This document shows positions 54,221-64,000 of a stretch of 64,000 nucleotides of DNA, piece by piece. The stretch is from the sequence record PX246731.1, one strand, 5' to 3'. The notes beneath the pieces were generated by a model, which saw only the letters and a program-made list of their open reading frames with translations, did not search any database and had not been told where the DNA came from. Numbering within the stretch: position 1 is the stretch's first letter; the number at the start of each line of letters is the position of its first letter. A program made the translations under genes and the position numbers. This stretch comes from a phage.

Positions 54221-55423
54221 TTACAGAGGAGCAACAGTCTTAATCAGAGCCAGACGTTCTGGGCGTTTAACCAGGATACCATAGTACCACTTGATAGAAC
54301 TGAAGCCAGTTTCACCATACGGGTCATTACGGTCAGCAGTTTCTTTACCAGGCATCTTAGTCATGATGGTGAACTTAACAGACTTACCATCAGTCTGGAA
54401 GCCAATGGTAGAGAAGGAGTCATCACCAACTACCAGCATCGGGAACACGTCGTAGTGCTCCTGACCAGATACCATAGAGCTACGATAACCTGGGTTATTG
54501 CTAACCTGTGCACCAGCACCTGCCCAATGCAGCATCTCAGGAACCTGGATAATACGGAACTTATCAATACAACCGATTTCACCATTCATCAGTGTACCAG
54601 CATCAGCATAGTGCTGAACTTCGATGAATGCTTTATTACCAAACAGGTCTTTCATCGCTTTCAGTTCTGGAACTAGTTCAGAACCAACGTACATCACACG
54701 AGTACCACCAAGTACTTTGGTATCTGTCAGTTTAGAACCAGTGATGATAGTAGTCTGGGTCGGGGTACGGTTCTCAGTAAGAATCTGGTCAAGACGCATC
54801 AGGTTCTTATAAGAAACTACAGACGGAGTAGCACCTTCACCAGTGATGGTAGCATCAGAGACAGCAGCACCTGCATACAGTACAGTACCAGCAGCAGCCA
54901 GCAGGTCTTTCTGGAGAACAGCTTCAGTCAACTGTACGGCACCATTCATCAGTTCACGAGACAGGTGTTCTTTCAGTTGGTCATCAGAATCAAAGTCCAG
55001 AGACTCTTGGGTAAATTCGTAGAAGAAACCGAACTTATGAATAGAACCTTCACGAGCCAGACGAGTGAAGCCTACACGGTTAACACGACCACCGTTCTCT
55101 GACAGCAGAGGCAGTTTAGAGGTGATGTTACCAACGTCTTTGGAAGAACCATACAGGTTACCGTTAACGATGGTAGCACCATTAGCATCAATACCCTGGT
55201 CGTTAATGTTCTTATCGTCGAGCAGAGGAACGTACTCATACACCTTAACAGTCTTACCGTAGTTCTTCGGCATGTTAACGGTGTTAGCCAGAGGCATAAA
55301 ATACTGATCTTTACGGGACTGAATAATAGCTTTCTTCAGCCAGTAATAGGTATTCATCTGGTCGGAGCCAGCACCATCAATGCTAGATTTCTGACCGTCA
55401 ATTGGAGCGTTATAGTTTAACAT
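54221..55423 (-). CDS. major capsid protein (N4 gp56-like, HK97 fold presumed)
   Basis: 400 aa, close to N4 MCP size; between scaffold-like and portal genes; strong RBS. Confidence 0.75.
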   Translation of the reverse strand: MLNYNAPIDGQKSSIDGAGSDQMNTYYWLKKAIIQSRKDQYFMPLANTVNMPKNYGKTVKVYEYVPLLDDKNINDQGIDANGATIVNGNLYGSSKDVGNITSKLPLLSENGGRVNRVGFTRLAREGSIHKFGFFYEFTQESLDFDSDDQLKEHLSRELMNGAVQLTEAVLQKDLLAAAGTVLYAGAAVSDATITGEGATPSVVSYKNLMRLDQILTENRTPTQTTIITGSKLTDTKVLGGTRVMYVGSELVPELKAMKDLFGNKAFIEVQHYADAGTLMNGEIGCIDKFRIIQVPEMLHWAGAGAQVSNNPGYRSSMVSGQEHYDVFPMLVVGDDSFSTIGFQTDGKSVKFTIMTKMPGKETADRNDPYGETGFSSIKWYYGILVKRPERLALIKTVAPL

Positions 55424-55439
55424 ATCATCTCATTCCTGT

Positions 55440-56660
55440 TTAAAGACTACCCGGTACTGGGAGTTTAGCGAAATCTTCATCACTCATAGCGAGTGGGTTT
55501 ACAATAGGTGTTGCTTTACGTGTAGCAGCCCGATTAAGGGAAGCTGCTTTAGCTTGCTCGTTGTTAGCCAGAGTCTGCTTAGGTTGTGCTACACGCACTA
55601 CCGGCTGAACTGCTGGTTTAACTGCTTGTACCGGTTCAGGCTTAGCCACTTGGTTAAATGCTCCCTGTTGTGCAAGGAGGTTACCAACGTAGTTATAAGC
55701 CTGAATGAACGGAGTACCTACCGGAATCTGACCTAACACCTGAAGACGATTCACTTCATTAGCAATGGTGTCATAAATACCATTCTCACGTTGTTCGTGA
55801 ATAGTGTGGAGTAGACCACGATTCTGATAAAGAGCATCTTTACTGGCAGCATCCCATGTCGAGCTAATAACACCTAATGTAGCTTGTCCTTCTTGAGTAG
55901 ACTTTAAGTCGTCAATTTCGGTTGCAAAATCTGCTTCGGTGTCTGTAACACGGTGTTTGCCACCCTGGTAGTTAATTTCCTCTTCTGGATTAAAGTCCAG
56001 AGGATCTGTACCAGAGTCTTTCAACAACTTTTTAATGGCTTCAGGATTCTTCTTATCCAGGTCAATAAGGAAAGAAAGTTTTTCCTCATCCATTAAACCG
56101 TTGTTTTGTAACATCAGCATTACCTTACGGTACGGCTGAAGTTCTTGCATCTTACGAGTATAATTAGCACCCATCTGCATCAGGCTAATGGCCTCCTCCG
56201 GTGAACGGGGAGTAATCATTTTGCCGTTAGCTTTAAAAGGAGCCATCAACTTCTCATAACCTTCCTTATAGTTGAAGTCAGCAGGCAGACCTTCAGACTG
56301 TTTACCTTCTTCTTTCTGTTCCTGGCCTGGTTCAGTAGTAGAAGGTTCAGCTTCAGTAATCGGCTTACCGTTACTATCAACTTCTGTGTCAACAACTTTA
56401 TCATCAACTTTATCAGAAGTTAAAGAATTTGCTGAATCATCTTCAACTGGGTCAGTTTCAGTGGAGGTTTCTTCGGTTGGTAGGTCTTCAACAGCAGGGG
56501 GGTCAACTTCTTCATCAGGAGTCTGTACGCCGTTGGTTTCTGGGTTGTTCTGAGTGGAAGAATCTTCCTCAGCAATAATTGCTGGGGCTTCCATATTCAG
56601 AATCTCATCATCCGACATTGCGAGAATGTCGGAAGCTGTGGTTGCAGCTTCCGTAGTCAT
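55440..56660 (-). CDS. scaffolding-like acidic protein (406 aa)
   Basis: Highly acidic, low-complexity N-terminal half; position between portal and MCP. Confidence 0.45.
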   Translation of the reverse strand: MTTEAATTASDILAMSDDEILNMEAPAIIAEEDSSTQNNPETNGVQTPDEEVDPPAVEDLPTEETSTETDPVEDDSANSLTSDKVDDKVVDTEVDSNGKPITEAEPSTTEPGQEQKEEGKQSEGLPADFNYKEGYEKLMAPFKANGKMITPRSPEEAISLMQMGANYTRKMQELQPYRKVMLMLQNNGLMDEEKLSFLIDLDKKNPEAIKKLLKDSGTDPLDFNPEEEINYQGGKHRVTDTEADFATEIDDLKSTQEGQATLGVISSTWDAASKDALYQNRGLLHTIHEQRENGIYDTIANEVNRLQVLGQIPVGTPFIQAYNYVGNLLAQQGAFNQVAKPEPVQAVKPAVQPVVRVAQPKQTLANNEQAKAASLNRAATRKATPIVNPLAMSDEDFAKLPVPGSL

Positions 56661-56679
56661 AGGAAATATCTCCGGTTAA

Positions 56680-57024
56680 TTATTCGTCTTCAGGTTCAGC
56701 ACGAACTGCATCGAGTTCTTCTTCTACCTGTAGAATAACGTCAGCTTCGTTTTCACCCATACGAATGGCGAGGTCGAGCCAACGACGTAGATGACCAGCA
56801 GCTTGAGCCATGTTCAGTGCGTCTGCACGGTTATTAGGTTCAAGCAGTGGGTCACCAGACTCCTGCACGTAACGTGCACAGTCTTCCACACAGAACTGGC
56901 GAAGGATTACTTTACGGAACAGTGGGTTCTCCAGAAGTTTACGTACATCTTCTGCGTGTGCAACTGCACCTTTAGCAGCTTCCAGTCGATGTTCCAGTCC
57001 TGCAATTGTTGATTCTTTACTCAT
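56680..57024 (-). CDS. hypothetical protein (114 aa)
   Basis: ORF between portal and scaffold-like genes. Confidence 0.5.
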   Translation of the reverse strand: MSKESTIAGLEHRLEAAKGAVAHAEDVRKLLENPLFRKVILRQFCVEDCARYVQESGDPLLEPNNRADALNMAQAAGHLRRWLDLAIRMGENEADVILQVEEELDAVRAEPEDE

Positions 57025-57037
57025 GTGAAGGTCTGCC

Positions 57038-59308
57038 TTATAGGTTCATACCAAGAGCCGATGCTGGGTCTTGGCTAGGGTCATAATACTGGGAACTAAG
57101 TGAATAAGTCGGGTCTTGCTGTGCAGCTAAGTCACGTTCCTGTAAAGAGTTCCCGTTAGTCAAAGCGTTATATCCGACAGCAGCAGATATGTTGGGGGTA
57201 GTTTCACCTTCTTTAGTAGGTGTTGTCAACGCCTTAGTTATTTGAAGGTTCTGGTTTCCTTGCGATTGTGCTTTTTGTTTTTCCATATCACGAGCATGTT
57301 TAGTACCAGATTCCTGTTCCAGATAATCCAGGTCTTTAAGGTCACCACTAGAAATAGCTTCTTTAGCTTTAGCATTATTGAGTGCAATTTTACTTTTCAA
57401 CTCTTCATTCTCAAGCTGTGCTTTCTGAATTGCTAGTTGCTTAAGCTGCTCTTCCATTGGGTCTGGTTGTGGTTTCCAGGTACGTAATTCATGAGCAAGG
57501 TCTGGCATACGTTTAAGTTCTGCAATCTTAGCTACGAGAGATAACGTAATAGTCTGGTCAACCGTATTACCTAACGTTTGAACCATGAAGCTCAAGTCCT
57601 GAGATTTCTGGTTATCAATTTCAGCAGTATTAATATCAACCTCAATATCGAAGTTACCTTTAAGGTCTTCACGATTAATTTCTACATACTGCTCATTAGT
57701 AATACGTACTACTTCTTTCTCAGATAAGAACACAGCATTCATTGCACAAATCTTAGTACCAATGTCTGCCATACCCTTAGCTAACCGACGAAGGATTGCC
57801 ATCTCACGTTTGGACGCTGCATCGAGTGCACCACGAATACCAGCAGCCACATCCCCGTAAGCTGCACCAGTTACACCACCAGAGAATGCTTTAACACCAG
57901 TTAGTGCTTCTGCTTCCTGGTTCTGCATCTGAGTCATTACTATTGCCGACTGAGGTAACTCAGGGAACTTATGCTCCATAATGGCCTGACTAGGATTACC
58001 CTGCATTGGGTTGTATTCATAGTCTTGCCCGTCATCATATCGACGTCGGTTCAGGGTATCTAACATCCCTTTAGGATAACCACGTTGCCCGTTTGCACTT
58101 CGGCCTAACAGGTCAATCATCCCACGCATGGTTGCACCAAGAATTGCTTGGTTATCCCCCAACAATTCAGCATCAGCTTCACCATAGAGTTCACGTTTAC
58201 GAGGCATATAGGGAACAACTACCAAGGGCAACTTACCATCCGGGAATGGGTTCTTCTCCATACGAATAAGAGTAGAGCCAATCCAGGTAGCGACAATTGG
58301 TTCCAGTGAACCATCATCGTTGATGTCATAGAATCCCCAGTATTCATAAGCGACTACTTTCTTACGAAGTGCATCCTTAAACTGGAAGTCACCAGGAGTT
58401 TTACTTTCATGGTCTGGGTCAGTCATAGGACTGGAACTTTCCCAGTCAATCTTATCCAGGTTATGGTAACGGTCTTTGTTCTTCATAAGGTCTGCTTTGC
58501 ACGTCTCAAATGAGATAACTGCATAAAGAGCCTTATCCAAATCACCATTACAGCTTGGGTCAATAACTACGTTATTTGGGTTAAGCATTTCAACAGTAGG
58601 TCTGTTAACCAGTGCTTTCTCTACTTCTACTTCAGTAACACCAGTCTGAATTGCATAGGTAGCTTCTCCAGTTTCATTGAAGTAGTTAACAGCTTCCTTG
58701 ATATCTTCCGGCATTGTTTCATCATACTCACGGGGATTCTCTGCCTGAAGCTGTAGAGCCTGCTGAAGAATATCTGCTTGTTCCTGGTTCTCAATTGGAT
58801 ACAACTGGAAGACTGGAGTTTCTGTTTTAATCTTAACAGTCTTACGTTCCCAACCGATACGAGCAATACCAGTACCATCATCTACGACACTGTGTACGTA
58901 ATCATCCACCAATTTTACTTTATTAAGCTGGGTACGGAATTGGTAGTTAAGAACTAGCTCATTCTGACGTGCAGCTAACTCATCTTCAAAAGTTACAGGA
59001 GTTACCTTAAAGAGTTTATTGGATGAGAGGAATGGTTCAGACAATGGTGCATAACGCCATTCTGCCTGACGGCGAACCAGTCTAGGTTGGACTTGTGAAC
59101 GACCTTTAACCTTTGGGGGTTTAGCCTTACCCTTAACTTCCATCAGGTCATTCCACTCACGAATCTGTGCCATGATTGCATCGTGAGCAGGTTTAGCTGA
59201 TTCCAGATCACCTTTCAGTAATTGGATACTTGGTTCCTTCTTCCAGTCCGTTAACTTCTCTGATTGAGCCGGGTCTGGTAAAGGCTTAAAAGTGTCTTGG
59301 TGTTCCAT
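57038..59308 (-). CDS. portal protein (N4 gp59-like)
   Basis: 756 aa, close to N4 portal size; position upstream of scaffold and MCP. Confidence 0.7.
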   Translation of the reverse strand: MEHQDTFKPLPDPAQSEKLTDWKKEPSIQLLKGDLESAKPAHDAIMAQIREWNDLMEVKGKAKPPKVKGRSQVQPRLVRRQAEWRYAPLSEPFLSSNKLFKVTPVTFEDELAARQNELVLNYQFRTQLNKVKLVDDYVHSVVDDGTGIARIGWERKTVKIKTETPVFQLYPIENQEQADILQQALQLQAENPREYDETMPEDIKEAVNYFNETGEATYAIQTGVTEVEVEKALVNRPTVEMLNPNNVVIDPSCNGDLDKALYAVISFETCKADLMKNKDRYHNLDKIDWESSSPMTDPDHESKTPGDFQFKDALRKKVVAYEYWGFYDINDDGSLEPIVATWIGSTLIRMEKNPFPDGKLPLVVVPYMPRKRELYGEADAELLGDNQAILGATMRGMIDLLGRSANGQRGYPKGMLDTLNRRRYDDGQDYEYNPMQGNPSQAIMEHKFPELPQSAIVMTQMQNQEAEALTGVKAFSGGVTGAAYGDVAAGIRGALDAASKREMAILRRLAKGMADIGTKICAMNAVFLSEKEVVRITNEQYVEINREDLKGNFDIEVDINTAEIDNQKSQDLSFMVQTLGNTVDQTITLSLVAKIAELKRMPDLAHELRTWKPQPDPMEEQLKQLAIQKAQLENEELKSKIALNNAKAKEAISSGDLKDLDYLEQESGTKHARDMEKQKAQSQGNQNLQITKALTTPTKEGETTPNISAAVGYNALTNGNSLQERDLAAQQDPTYSLSSQYYDPSQDPASALGMNL

Positions 59309-59310
59309 AG

Positions 59311-59838
59311 TTATTCCTGTTCAAAAAGTTTACGGTCAGCCTGAATCTGCTTACCCAACTCAATTAGTTGGCTGTCACGGAGTCTAACAGTTGCCCGGAG
59401 TTCTTCAACCAAACGTCTGCCTTCTTCAAGACTGTTGTCGAGTCTGGCTGCATGGCTTGCAAGACTTCTGCACTCAAAGGTTCCGGCTTCGGCTTGACGT
59501 TTATATACCGATGCCCGTCTTTCAGACTGTTGCATCCGGCTGTCATAATCACTGCTAACGCGAGCAAGCTCGCTTGCGTAATTACTCTCAGCCGTCTGCA
59601 ACCGGGAAGTGAGTAACCCGACTTCATAACTATGGTTTCTTTGGAGAGCATTGTATTTGTCCTGTAATTTTTGCAGTGCCTTACGGTCTTCAATCTTTTG
59701 GTCATCCCACTTCTTTTGAACAGTAGACTGCCCATTGGAATTACCCCAAAAGTAAATGGTGGCCCCTAGGACCACCACCAGAAGATAAGGCCAACCTTTA
59801 GAGATTAGCATCTTCATTACATGCCTCCAGTGGCACAT
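59311..59838 (-). CDS. i-spanin (Rz-like)
   Basis: N-terminal TM helix ([13 protein letters not shown]) followed by coiled-coil-like periplasmic domain; contains embedded lipoprotein ORF. Confidence 0.65.
   Translation of the reverse strand: MCHWRHVMKMLISKGWPYLLVVVLGATIYFWGNSNGQSTVQKKWDDQKIEDRKALQKLQDKYNALQRNHSYEVGLLTSRLQTAESNYASELARVSSDYDSRMQQSERRASVYKRQAEAGTFECRSLASHAARLDNSLEEGRRLVEELRATVRLRDSQLIELGKQIQADRKLFEQE
59364..59627 (-). CDS. o-spanin (Rz1-like lipoprotein) embedded in the Rz gene in another frame
   Basis: Signal peptide with lipobox-like AVIMTAGC, then Pro-rich KPKPEP; entirely inside 59311-59838; start choice uncertain. Confidence 0.55.
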   Translation of the reverse strand: MKSGYSLPGCRRLRVITQASLLALAVIMTAGCNSLKDGHRYINVKPKPEPLSAEVLQAMQPDSTTVLKKADVWLKNSGQLLDSVTAN

Positions 59839-60433
59839 TGCCTATTCGGTTAGCTACCCAACCATACGTAAAGTCTGGCATGTTTAATGAGGTGTAGTGG
59901 TTCAGTTGTTTGGCATCAAGTAACTTAATCATTACCTGACATGCTGCAACTTTGCCTCGTTTTTTCTGTAATGCTTTATATGCATTAACAGTACTTGTAC
60001 CGACTTTACCATCAACCTGTATTTTAGGGTAGTCTTTGCCATCACGGGACATTTCATTGAGAGATTGCTGTAACCACTTAGCCGGACGGGTTACACCCGT
60101 ATTAACACCAGCATCTACCAGCTTATGTGTTACAGCAGGAGATATATCAGCGAAGGCTACGAAGTTAGGCTTAAGTACGTAGTCATCAATGTATATCTCA
60201 GCAGCCATCTCTTTAGATAAACCTTTCATAGAACCATCCCAACCATACTCAGTAGCCAGAACTTCTTTATGTGTCTTAGCTACAGCTTGGGTAATTCCGT
60301 GGTTAGTTTCCCCACCTGGGTCACGAAGATTGTTTACGTAACCCCCTTCCATATAGAACACTGCCCCCAGGATAGCAGCGATAACTCCTCCCACTGCACC
60401 ACCTTTCGCAGCAAGTTTCTGTTTAGCTTTCAT
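59798..60433 (-). CDS. endolysin, GH108-like N-acetylmuramidase with N-terminal signal-anchor
   Basis: EGGYVNNLRDPGGETNHGIT resembles the GH108 catalytic motif; Gly/Ala-rich N-terminal hydrophobic segment (GGAVGGVIAAILGAVFY). Confidence 0.7.
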   Translation of the reverse strand: MKAKQKLAAKGGAVGGVIAAILGAVFYMEGGYVNNLRDPGGETNHGITQAVAKTHKEVLATEYGWDGSMKGLSKEMAAEIYIDDYVLKPNFVAFADISPAVTHKLVDAGVNTGVTRPAKWLQQSLNEMSRDGKDYPKIQVDGKVGTSTVNAYKALQKKRGKVAACQVMIKLLDAKQLNHYTSLNMPDFTYGWVANRIGNVPLEACNEDANL

Positions 60434-60683
60434 GTGAATCTTCCTTTGGTCGGAATCGTATCAATCTACCAACGATGTTTAAGGCAAACAGTGCGATTGC
60501 AATATTGGAACCATGGGGAATATCTTCCAGGATGTGACGGGGTAATCCTGTCAACATTGGTTGTATAATATCTACAGCAGAAAACAGAATTAAACCAAAC
60601 GTACTAATCTGAATGGATGACCACTTCCAGCATCTTTTCCAGTTAGGTACTAACTCTACCTTTCTTTTTAACCTGCGAACCAT
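60423..60683 (-). CDS. holin candidate (two TM helices)
   Basis: Basic N-terminus MVRRLKRK then two hydrophobic helices; directly upstream of endolysin. Confidence 0.5.
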   Translation of the reverse strand: MVRRLKRKVELVPNWKRCWKWSSIQISTFGLILFSAVDIIQPMLTGLPRHILEDIPHGSNIAIALFALNIVGRLIRFRPKEDSHES

Positions 60684-60997
60684 GCGAATATCTCCCGTCT
60701 TGCAGCAGCCAATACACCAATAATTGCACCTGCCCCAGCCCACACCCACTTACCGAAAATCCCAGCACCAACGACTTTATGCTTAATGGTAATGAACTCT
60801 TCAATAGTAGGTTCGTTCTTAGCTAAGCTATCCTCCACGTTTTTCAGTCTATTGCCTATGTCATTGATTGAATCCCGTAGTTCTACCAAAGTTTCCTCCA
60901 GTTTCTCACGGTCCTGTCTTTCCCTTGTCTGGTTCTCAAACAGAGTCTTCAATCGTTCCTCCAGTCTGACTAGAAGCAGTTCACCCGATTCATTCAT
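60668..60997 (-). CDS. lysis-associated membrane protein (coiled coil with C-terminal TM; holin/antiholin candidate)
   Basis: Charged coiled-coil-like N-terminus and C-terminal hydrophobic helix (GAGIFGKWVWAGAGAIIGVLAAA). Confidence 0.45.
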   Translation of the reverse strand: MNESGELLLVRLEERLKTLFENQTRERQDREKLEETLVELRDSINDIGNRLKNVEDSLAKNEPTIEEFITIKHKVVGAGIFGKWVWAGAGAIIGVLAAARREIFAWFAG

Positions 60998-61340
60998 AAT
61001 ATTACCGTAGTTGTGTAGTTAGAATCCCCAATGGGGTCATATCATAAGATGCCTCTTAGATAATACTTAGTATGATGATGTACATCCAGACATAGTGTCT
61101 GCCCTAGAAATTATTGTAAGAAGTGCCGGTACAGCAAGAGAACGGAGAACACAAACAAGGCGAACCAATGGAATCACAGTAGTAGGTTCAGACGCTAGTA
61201 TTAAAGTACAGGGTACGGACATATCTAATAGAGATAATATATTAGCTGCATACACACTTGGTTCAACAGAACCTTTCATGGTAGAAGGTATTCAGTTAGG
61301 GTAATGCAAACAGTAACTCTATATAAAAAGTAATATTAAT

Positions 61341-61377
61341 AAGTTAAAAACTAACCCCGCCGAAGCGGGGTTTTTAT
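61341..61377. terminator. bidirectional terminator (AACCCCGC-CGAA-GCGGGGTT flanked by A- and T-tracts)
   Basis: Perfect 8-bp stem; TTTTTATTT on plus side, A-run on the other; directly after the tail fibre stop. Confidence 0.8.
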
Positions 61378-63942
61378 TTACATTGCTGATATGATGAAGC
61401 AAAGAAGCTGAGAGTATTCTATCCCCCAGCGATTGCCTGCTGGTTTTGCTGCGGAAAGAATTTTACCGGTCTTTTCATCAATGACTTCTGGAACATCGTC
61501 CCACTCCTCATAAGACAGGAAGTGATATAATTTATGATCAAGTCCGTTACGATTCAGTATCTCAGCAACCTCTTGAGCCATTACACCGAAATGCCATTTA
61601 GCACCATCACCGTCTCTTTCAACTTCGTCATTGCGCTTGTATGCTCTGATTGATAACTTTATTTCAGCAGCCGCCTTCTTCTCTGCATCATAAAGCAATC
61701 TCTGCTGCTGTTTTTCTCTGATGTCTGATGTGTTAATCGTGCCGTTAACAGCGTAAATCTGTGCCCACCTAAGCGAGGCCGATCCATTTGATTTGCTGTT
61801 ATCCACCATCGGAGCAATTATGCCTTTGACGCTGACGTTACCTGACGCGCCAAACCACGTCATCACAGGGGAATTGTCACCGTTGAACTTGATGCTCCCA
61901 TTACTCGCTGAGAAATCCAGCCCCTTCGTGACACCATCCATAGTTATCCATCTGAGGCCATCTTTTGTATAAAAGTAATAGCCTCCTGGCGATGCTTCAC
62001 TCGCACCTTCACGGAGCACGATTGCGTCATTCCCATTCGAGAACTGAACTCGGGTATTCGTCTCACGCCAGTTCTTCAGGATAAATGAACCATCAGTGAA
62101 GTCCGTCTTTATCTGTCGGTTGTCCAGAAAAGCATCACGCGGAGTGAACCCGGTGGTATCCGTAGACGCCTGAATATCTGATGCAAACAGGCGTAGGTTC
62201 CCTGTGTACCCCTGAGTTTCCGCGAGACTGTAGGCCACCATTATCCCGTTCTCGAACTCGGAAGATACGATCTTCGTATCTCGACAATCCCCGAAAAGTG
62301 TATTCCCTTTATCAAAGGTCGTTTGCGCCTTGAACTTGTCGAAGCGAAGGTTACGCATCGGATAGCCATCGATTTCAAGAGCAAACGCTACTGGCAAGCC
62401 CAACGAATCAGATGATTGTCCGGAAGAATGCCCAAAGCTGGTAGCAACCGTATTCTCGAACACAGTACCGGAGAAGTTATTGCCAATGTTAGGGAAGCGA
62501 ATGACGCCCAGGGACGCAGGCAATGACGGCGTAATACCAGTAAGCGTAATGTTCGTCCCATCACTCGTTGACCCGGTAAATGTATACAGGGCTGCGCTAC
62601 CTGAAATCCTAAAGGAGTTGGTCGCGGTCAAACGGAGTGACGGTCTCTGTTTGAATGTAATGGTACTTGAGGTGTTACTCACCACATCTATTTGTGGGCT
62701 ATTTCGAATTAGTAAACCACGAATACCCTGAGTATAGAAACGATTGAACCTGGTTCTTTCTGGGTTCCCTTTCATCGTCAGAGAGCCGTCGTTTTCAGTC
62801 AACAGCGTACCAGCAACGCGCCAGTACCCGCAGACCTGAACGTTCTCGATAACAGCCTCAGAGCTATCGTAGACGTGAAGACCGATATCCCAGTTATCAC
62901 CCAGTGACGACGAACTAAAGTCGTTGTATCCATCAATGCCGTTGTTACTAAGCATGATGCGCAGGTTTTTTAGTTGCGATGTGTGAGTAGCCGTCACCGC
63001 CACACTGAACGATTTTAACGTTGCGGGAGTCGTTCCTACCGCGTCCTCATTCGTGAAAGACGTGAACTTGCAGTCAACGCCATTGACAGACTTAAGAGGC
63101 CGCTCGTTAGAGATATTTCCAAACGTTTTATCCTTCACGCCGGTCCCGGTGAACACCAGATGTGTGCCTTTGGACCAGCTTTTTAACAACCGGTCAGGGG
63201 CTGGGCGGTATGTGTCCCAGTAGTCGATACCGCTACCCTCAAGCGTTACCCCAGACGGAACAGCTATGGTCTTAGAAAGAATACAGCGGCCAGCGGGTAT
63301 GCGTAATTTAGAACGACCTGAGTTAATTGCTGCGATCAGCGCATCTGAGTCATCTGTCTCACCGTCAACTTTAACGCCCCAGCCCCGGACATCCCCTTCG
63401 TCGCGCCAGCGCGACATCTGAATGTCCGGAAACTTCTCTGCACCATCTGGGTCCGTTAACTGTGATCGCAGCACACCATCGCCAACACTAATCCACTTCC
63501 CTAAACCAATCCCACCAGCAGTTTCTGGAGTTGAGCCAGCAGTTACTGTTTTAGGGAATTCGCCATCCCAGCGATACTTACCTGTTGTATTGGTAAGCAA
63601 TTCATTTTTAACATTAAGTGTAGCACCGGAATCAAACGACCCAGGCAATGTAACGTACTCTTCACGGGATACGGCTAATTCCCCAAGGTCTACGGAACCT
63701 GCTGAATGTACAAGTACTGCCTGTTCACTAAGGCTTACGGCAGTGGTTCCTACTGGAAGTACGGGTAATGAGTAAGCACGTTGGGTAATTTTATCGTAAA
63801 TGACTTTGTATCCACCTAAGTCTACACCTACAGCAAAGTAGACTACCTCGTTCTGCTTAACACCAAACTTACGGGCAATGGCTTGTTTGTTGGTAAGAAT
63901 ACCAGTGGAGCCTTTACCACCTTGTGAGAACATTCCGTTCAT
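61378..63942 (-). CDS. tail fibre/tailspike protein with C-terminal intramolecular chaperone-like domain
   Basis: 854 aa; C-terminus (SDIREKQQQRLLYDAEKKAAAEIK...WHFGVMAQEV) resembles the S74-type self-cleaving chaperone domain; central body has different composition. Confidence 0.65.
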   Translation of the reverse strand: MNGMFSQGGKGSTGILTNKQAIARKFGVKQNEVVYFAVGVDLGGYKVIYDKITQRAYSLPVLPVGTTAVSLSEQAVLVHSAGSVDLGELAVSREEYVTLPGSFDSGATLNVKNELLTNTTGKYRWDGEFPKTVTAGSTPETAGGIGLGKWISVGDGVLRSQLTDPDGAEKFPDIQMSRWRDEGDVRGWGVKVDGETDDSDALIAAINSGRSKLRIPAGRCILSKTIAVPSGVTLEGSGIDYWDTYRPAPDRLLKSWSKGTHLVFTGTGVKDKTFGNISNERPLKSVNGVDCKFTSFTNEDAVGTTPATLKSFSVAVTATHTSQLKNLRIMLSNNGIDGYNDFSSSSLGDNWDIGLHVYDSSEAVIENVQVCGYWRVAGTLLTENDGSLTMKGNPERTRFNRFYTQGIRGLLIRNSPQIDVVSNTSSTITFKQRPSLRLTATNSFRISGSAALYTFTGSTSDGTNITLTGITPSLPASLGVIRFPNIGNNFSGTVFENTVATSFGHSSGQSSDSLGLPVAFALEIDGYPMRNLRFDKFKAQTTFDKGNTLFGDCRDTKIVSSEFENGIMVAYSLAETQGYTGNLRLFASDIQASTDTTGFTPRDAFLDNRQIKTDFTDGSFILKNWRETNTRVQFSNGNDAIVLREGASEASPGGYYFYTKDGLRWITMDGVTKGLDFSASNGSIKFNGDNSPVMTWFGASGNVSVKGIIAPMVDNSKSNGSASLRWAQIYAVNGTINTSDIREKQQQRLLYDAEKKAAAEIKLSIRAYKRNDEVERDGDGAKWHFGVMAQEVAEILNRNGLDHKLYHFLSYEEWDDVPEVIDEKTGKILSAAKPAGNRWGIEYSQLLCFIISAM

Positions 63943-63968
63943 AACAACCTCTTTGTTTTTCTAGTAAA

Positions 63969-63988
63969 CCACCCCCTTGTGGGGGTGG
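63969..63988 (-). terminator. GC-rich hairpin CCACCCCC-TTGT-GGGGGTGG upstream of the tail fibre gene
   Basis: Perfect 8-bp stem at window edge, followed on the minus strand by TTTAC and the tail fibre RBS. Confidence 0.5.
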
Positions 63989-64000
63989 GGAGTAGTTAAT

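Noticed and set aside
53710-54676. Plus-strand ORFs of 161 and 224 aa overlapping the major capsid gene and its neighbour
   Set aside because: Antisense to the late structural genes, Cys/Leu-rich low-complexity translations, no RBS
61095-61304. 69-aa plus-strand ORF between lysis genes and tail fibre
   Set aside because: Lies in a minus-strand late region next to a bidirectional terminator; no RBS
1-64000. CRISPR array, integrase/repressor lysogeny module, transposase
   Set aside because: No regularly spaced direct repeats and no integrase- or transposase-like ORFs seen; gene content is that of a strictly lytic phage

Overview
This window reads as most of the genome of an N4-like podovirus (Schitoviridae-type architecture); the assignment rests on motifs and gene order read by eye, with no database search run. 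Bases 1-36.5k are a plus-strand early/middle region: four hairpin promoters of the N4 virion-RNA-polymerase type, many small early ORFs, a split T7-like RNAP II (272 + 405 aa), an Ig-like capsid decoration protein, rIIA/rIIB-like proteins, ThyX, a Dda-like helicase, a family A DNA polymerase, a primase-like protein, SSB-like and RuvC-like proteins, and a 1-kb structured non-coding region with tRNA-type T-arm motifs. Bases 36.6k-64k are a minus-strand late region: a 3601-aa virion RNA polymerase, virion/ejection proteins, scaffold-like protein, major capsid protein, portal, a lysis cassette (Rz with embedded Rz1, GH108 endolysin, holin candidates) and a tail fibre. The most notable feature is a MoxR-like AAA+ ATPase gene that appears to be split into three exons by two group I introns, each carrying an HNH-AP2 homing endonuclease. 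Other points of interest are a compositionally foreign tail-fibre body, a SLOG/DUF2493 early protein, a superinfection-immunity-like membrane protein and a Cas4-like nuclease. No integrase or lysogeny module and no CRISPR array were seen. Terminase and some tail genes presumably lie outside the window.
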